A DNA stretch of 64,000 nt from contig JAHJRK010000203.1 of the NCBI GenBank assembly GCA_018830925.1, forward strand, positions 19,261-83,260, given 5' to 3'. The notes below the pieces were generated by a model that searched no databases, had not been told where the DNA came from, and was given only the letters and a program-made list of their open reading frames with translations. The translations under genes and the position numbers were made by a program. The stretch is from Pseudomonadota bacterium (GTDB lineage: Bacteria > Desulfobacterota > Desulfobacteria > Desulfobacterales > RPRI01). Shown one piece after another: positions 60,358 through 64,000 of the stretch (positions within the stretch are counted from its first letter, which is position 1; the number at the start of each line of letters is the position of its first letter).

Positions 60358-60402
60358 AGGCTGTAGGCTTTTAGGCTATAGGCTAATAGTCTACAGTCTA
60401 AG
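60350..60402. repeat. Short inverted heptamer array overlapping the peptidase stop
   Basis: acaggcTAAaggctgtaggct...taggctataggctaatagtctacagtcta. Confidence 0.8.
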
Positions 60403-60431
60403 CAACCAGAGTTTTGAAAAGGAAGATATAA

Positions 60432-61592
60432 ATGCTTGCATATTTTGACTGTTTTTCCGGGATAAGCGGGGACATGACTCTGGGCGCTTTAATTGATCTC
60501 GGTGTGCCGGTTGATTGGCTGAAAGAGAGCATTCGCAGTATTCCTTTGAAAGATTTTGACCTGTCTGTTTCGAGTGTTTCGAAAAACGGGATCGGCGCAA
60601 AGCGTGTTGAAGTAAAAGCCGCCGATTCCTCAATAACAAGGGATTACTCTCAGATTATCTCGCTTATTTCGAACAGTCCGCTTTCTGCAAATGTCAGAGA
60701 AAGAGGCATTGCCATATTTGAGGAGATTGCCGGGGCTGAGGCTGAAATTCACGGATGTCCCAAAGAAACAGTACATTTCCATGAGCTTGGTGGTGTTGAT
60801 TCAATTGTAGATATCGTCGGCACGGCTCTTTGCATTGAGTATCTCGGGATAACAAAAATATCTGCTTCAAAAATACCAATGGGTTCCGGTTTTGTGAAAT
60901 GCCGGCATGGGATAATTCCTCTTCCCGCTCCGGCTACCGTGTCGATATTAAAAGATGTTCCCGTTTACGGGGTTGATATAAATCATGAACTTGTAACTCC
61001 GACAGGCGCGGCTATAGTGAAGGCTCTTTCTGCATCTTTCGGAAATCTCCCGGATATGACCATTGAAAAAACGGGATATGGCGCCGGGAAACATGATTCC
61101 GGATATATCCCGAATCTATTAAGGATTATAATGGGAAGGTCTTCGGGCGGGGAATATAAGGATGAACTTATTTTTCAGGTTGAAACCTGTATTGACGACA
61201 TGAACCCTGAAATATTCGGCTTTCTCATGGATCGCCTTTTTGAAGACGGGGCGCTTGATGTATGGTGGGTTCCTGTTTCCATGAAGAAAAACAGGCCCGG
61301 AACCAATGTTCACGCAATTTGTTATCCGGACAGGAAAGACGCCCTGATAAACCGCATTTTATCCGAGACGACCACTATAGGCGTCAGGTATTACGAAGTG
61401 AAAAGGAAAACACTGTCAAGATGCCTGGATGAAATTAACACAAGTTATGGAACAGTCTGCGTAAAACGCATAACAAATCCAGACGGCACCACAAGGATAG
61501 TTCCGGAATATGAGGTTTGTAAAAAAATTGCCCTTGAAAAAAAGTTGCCCCTGAAAAATGTTTACGAGAAAATTATAAAAGAAATCGGGTAA
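60432..61592 (+). CDS. larC: Nickel pincer cofactor chelatase LarC
   Basis: 'DCFSGISGDM', 'VHFHE', 'ELVTPTGAA', 'IDDM', 'MKK.RPG' and 'PEYE'. Confidence 0.93.
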   Translation: MLAYFDCFSGISGDMTLGALIDLGVPVDWLKESIRSIPLKDFDLSVSSVSKNGIGAKRVEVKAADSSITRDYSQIISLISNSPLSANVRERGIAIFEEIAGAEAEIHGCPKETVHFHELGGVDSIVDIVGTALCIEYLGITKISASKIPMGSGFVKCRHGIIPLPAPATVSILKDVPVYGVDINHELVTPTGAAIVKALSASFGNLPDMTIEKTGYGAGKHDSGYIPNLLRIIMGRSSGGEYKDELIFQVETCIDDMNPEIFGFLMDRLFEDGALDVWWVPVSMKKNRPGTNVHAICYPDRKDALINRILSETTTIGVRYYEVKRKTLSRCLDEINTSYGTVCVKRITNPDGTTRIVPEYEVCKKIALEKKLPLKNVYEKIIKEIG

Positions 61593-61652
61593 TAAACGTT
61601 TTTTTTCAGGTTCTCCGGGTGTTTTAAATTACGAATGATTTATGTAAAGATT

Positions 61653-61748
61653 AAGAATCCGGAAGTCAGGAATCAGAATACAGAATCTATGTAACAAATC
61701 TTTTAATTCCGGCTTCTGAATTCTGACTCCTGTCTCCTGTATAGTTAC
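61653..61748. repeat. Inverted (CAGAAT/AGTCAGG)...(ATTCTG/CTCCTG) array, same class as 21488-21662 but with no cargo
   Basis: gaagtcaggaatcagaatacagaat / attccggcttctgaattctgactcctg; ends CTGTATAGTTAC. Confidence 0.75.
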
Positions 61749-61790
61749 GCAAATCCTTGACAAAATTTGTGCCTGAATATAGAAAAGGCC

Positions 61791-62255
61791 ATGAATTTTA
61801 GAGAAAAATCGGTAATATTCCTTGCAACGGGCTTTTTTGCCGGGAATATTTCAATAGCTCCCGGTACTATCGGCACTATCGAGGGGCTTTTCTTTTGCTT
61901 TTTTTTATCCAAAACCAACCTGCTTTATGCCGCTCTTTTTCAAATTATTTTTATTGTTTTTGCAGTATGGATTGCAAATGAAGCTGAGGGGATATTGAAA
62001 AAAAAGGATCCCGGAAGTATCGTAATTGACGAAATGGCAGGAATTATGGTAACGCTTCTGGGACTTCCGTTTAATGTTGTTTCTGTAATTTCAGGTTTTT
62101 GTGTCTTCCGGTTTTTGGATATCATAAAGCCTTTTCCAATACGCACGATTGAAAAAAAACTTTCAGGCGGAGCCGGAATAGTAATGGATGATGTAGCGGC
62201 CGGGATAATAGGCAACTGCCTGTTGAGGGCAGCATTTTATGTAATAGGCTATTAG
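61791..62255 (+). CDS. pgpA: Phosphatidylglycerophosphatase A
   Basis: 'APGT.GT', 'DPGSIVIDE', 'FRFLDIIKP' and 'DDVAAG'. Confidence 0.95.
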   Translation: MNFREKSVIFLATGFFAGNISIAPGTIGTIEGLFFCFFLSKTNLLYAALFQIIFIVFAVWIANEAEGILKKKDPGSIVIDEMAGIMVTLLGLPFNVVSVISGFCVFRFLDIIKPFPIRTIEKKLSGGAGIVMDDVAAGIIGNCLLRAAFYVIGY

Positions 62256-62444
62256 GCTGTGGGCTGTTAGGCTGGAGGATAGAGGCTGCGGCTAATAGTC
62301 TGCAGTCTAAGCGCTTACAAAGTAATCGTTCAGCCACTAAGGCGCAAAGCCACAAAGAAATGATATGTATTTTAATCCGCCGCCGGCGGAGACAAGAAAA
62401 CTGAAATTATATTATAATCTTGGTGTCTTAGTGTCTTTGTGGCT
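62245..62444. repeat. AGGCT heptamer array followed by a GCCACTAAG/CACAAAG...CTTAGTG/CTTTGTGGC fold-back with a nested TCCGCC hairpin
   Basis: GTAATCGTTCAGCCACTAAGGCGCAAAGCCACAAAG...CTTGGTGTCTTAGTGTCTTTGTGGCT. Confidence 0.78.
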
Positions 62445-62473
62445 TAATTAATATGAAAGGTGATTGATATAAA

Positions 62474-63121
62474 TTGGAAACAGATAGTTTAAATAAAAAT
62501 AAATCAACTGAAATAAAGAAGAAGAGCGCCCTGAGGGAAAATATTGAGGCGATTGTTGTCGCCATAATACTCGCCCTGTTTATAAGGACGTTCATCGTGC
62601 AGGCTTTTAAGATACCTTCAGGTTCTATGAAAGAAACTCTTCAGATAGGGGATCACATTCTTGTAAATAAATTCATATACGGGGTTAAAATTCCTTTTTT
62701 AAGAACAACTATAATCGAGGTTAAAAACCCGAAGAGAAATGATATTGTTGTTTTCAAGTTCCCGGAGGATCCGGGAAAGGATTTTATAAAAAGGGTAATC
62801 GGAGTTGCCGGAGATGTTGTTGAGCATCGTGACAAAAAAGTTTATGTAAACAATGAGCCTGTAGATGATGTATTCGGCATGTACACCGACCCTCATATCT
62901 TTCCGGGAAGTTATCAGCCGAGAGATAATTTCGGTCCTGTTACGGTGCCTCCAGATTCTCTCTTTGTAATGGGAGACAACAGGGATCACAGTTACGACAG
63001 CCGGTGGTGGGGTTTTGTAAACCTGAAAGCAGTGCAGGGAAAGGCATTTATGATATACTGGTCCTGGGATAAGGATGATTTCGGGGTAAGGTGGAACAGG
63101 ATAGGAAATATGTTGAAATAG
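62474..63121 (+). CDS. lepB: Signal peptidase I
   Basis: 'IPSGSM', 'FIKRVIG' and 'MGDNRD.SYDSR'. Confidence 0.96.
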   Translation: METDSLNKNKSTEIKKKSALRENIEAIVVAIILALFIRTFIVQAFKIPSGSMKETLQIGDHILVNKFIYGVKIPFLRTTIIEVKNPKRNDIVVFKFPEDPGKDFIKRVIGVAGDVVEHRDKKVYVNNEPVDDVFGMYTDPHIFPGSYQPRDNFGPVTVPPDSLFVMGDNRDHSYDSRWWGFVNLKAVQGKAFMIYWSWDKDDFGVRWNRIGNMLK

Positions 63122-63207
63122 GCTGTTAGAGATCAGTCTGTAGGCTGTTAGCTAAACACCTACAGCCTGATCCCTAACAGCCTACAGTCTAACAGTCTAT
63201 AGCCTAA
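63119..63207. repeat. Inverted heptamer array overlapping the lepB stop
   Basis: TAGgctgttag...taggctgttagctaa / cctacagcct...ctaacagcctacagtctaacagtcta. Confidence 0.9.
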
Positions 63208-63221
63208 AAGGCAGGTGAAAT

Positions 63222-64000
63222 ATGCAGTTTGAAAGGAAAGACATTCTTGACATGGAATCCCTTTCAGCAGAAGAAATTATCTTTATTCTCGACACAGCCG
63301 ACCAGTTAAAGGAGATTTCAAGAAGACCTGTAAAAAAAGTACCGACTTTAAGAGGCAAAACCGTGGTGCTTTTTTTTTATGAACCGAGCACCCGCACACG
63401 ATCTTCCTTTGAGATTGCGTCAAAGCGCCTTAGTGCAGACAGCATCTCAATATCTTCGTCTTCAAGCAGCATGGTCAAAGGAGAAACGCTTATTGATACC
63501 GCCCGGAATCTTGAGGCAATGAATCCGGATGTGATTGTAATCAGGCATCCTTCCGCCGGCGCCCCGCATATGATTGCGCGTCTGCTTAAAACATCCGTAA
63601 TAAATGCAGGAGACGGAATGCATGCCCACCCAACCCAGGCTCTGCTTGATCTCATGACGGTGAGAGAAAAAAAAGGATATATAAAGGGTCTCCGGATAGC
63701 AATAATAGGGGATATATCACACAGCAGGGTTGCAAGGTCGGACTGCATCGGATTTACAAAGATGGGGGCTGATGTGGTTCTTGCAGGGCCGCCCACAATG
63801 ATTCCTAAAGGGATTGAAAGCCTTGGAGTTACTGTTGCCTGTAATTCGGATGAGGCTGTAAAGGATGCCGATGTAATAATTATGCTCAGGATACAGAAAG
63901 AACGCCAGAAGAGCTTTTTATATCCTTCAGACCGTGAATATTCGAGGATTTTCGGCCTTAATGCTGAAAGACTGAAAAAAGCAAGTAAAGATGTGCTGAT
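63222..64000 (+). CDS. pyrB: Aspartate carbamoyltransferase catalytic subunit (runs off the window)
   Basis: Translated by hand: [10 protein letters not shown]...[14 protein letters not shown]...[17 protein letters not shown]...MLRIQKER. Confidence 0.96.
   Translation, partial: MQFERKDILDMESLSAEEIIFILDTADQLKEISRRPVKKVPTLRGKTVVLFFYEPSTRTRSSFEIASKRLSADSISISSSSSSMVKGETLIDTARNLEAMNPDVIVIRHPSAGAPHMIARLLKTSVINAGDGMHAHPTQALLDLMTVREKKGYIKGLRIAIIGDISHSRVARSDCIGFTKMGADVVLAGPPTMIPKGIESLGVTVACNSDEAVKDADVIIMLRIQKERQKSFLYPSDREYSRIFGLNAERLKKASKDVL

Noticed and set aside
60432-61592. Programmed frameshift in larC
   Set aside because: larC is a single uninterrupted ORF here.

Overview
This window holds a near-complete, contiguous motility supercluster (about 660-57950) from a bacterium that looks like a Desulfobacterota/Desulfobacterales member, an inference from gene content and order. 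It contains an MCP with an orphan solute-binding protein, cheR, a PilZ gene, cheA-cheD-HDOD-cheY-cheX-cheB-cheZ-cheY, and two sigma54 activators flanking an AMIN/TPR protein. These are followed by flgBC-fliEFGHIJ-motE, fliK-flgDE, motA plus two motB paralogues, fliLMNOPQR-flhBAFG-fliA, flgFGAHIJ and flgNKL-csrA-fliW. I found no fliC, fliD, fliS, flgM or cheW. To the right lie tRNA-Sec (selC) and housekeeping genes (M20 peptidase, larC, pgpA, lepB, partial pyrB). Seven sigma54 and three sigma28 promoters and two candidate enhancer motifs are directly readable. The most unusual layer is intergenic: many gene junctions carry miniature fold-back elements built from inverted 7-nt repeat arrays, often with GTAACTRYTCAG-like ends. 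These elements overlap stop codons and nest inside each other, with exact empty and filled allele pairs. One still carries an internally deleted four-helix-bundle gene, and a related ~95-nt element keeps a GxxExxY-like 5' remnant. Protein-level oddities include an Asp-less MotB paralogue, an extra domain inserted in FlgE, an MshEN motif plus an in-frame REP-like palindrome in CheA, and a D-to-E receiver in the FlrC-like activator. All family assignments come from motif recognition by eye; no database searches were run.
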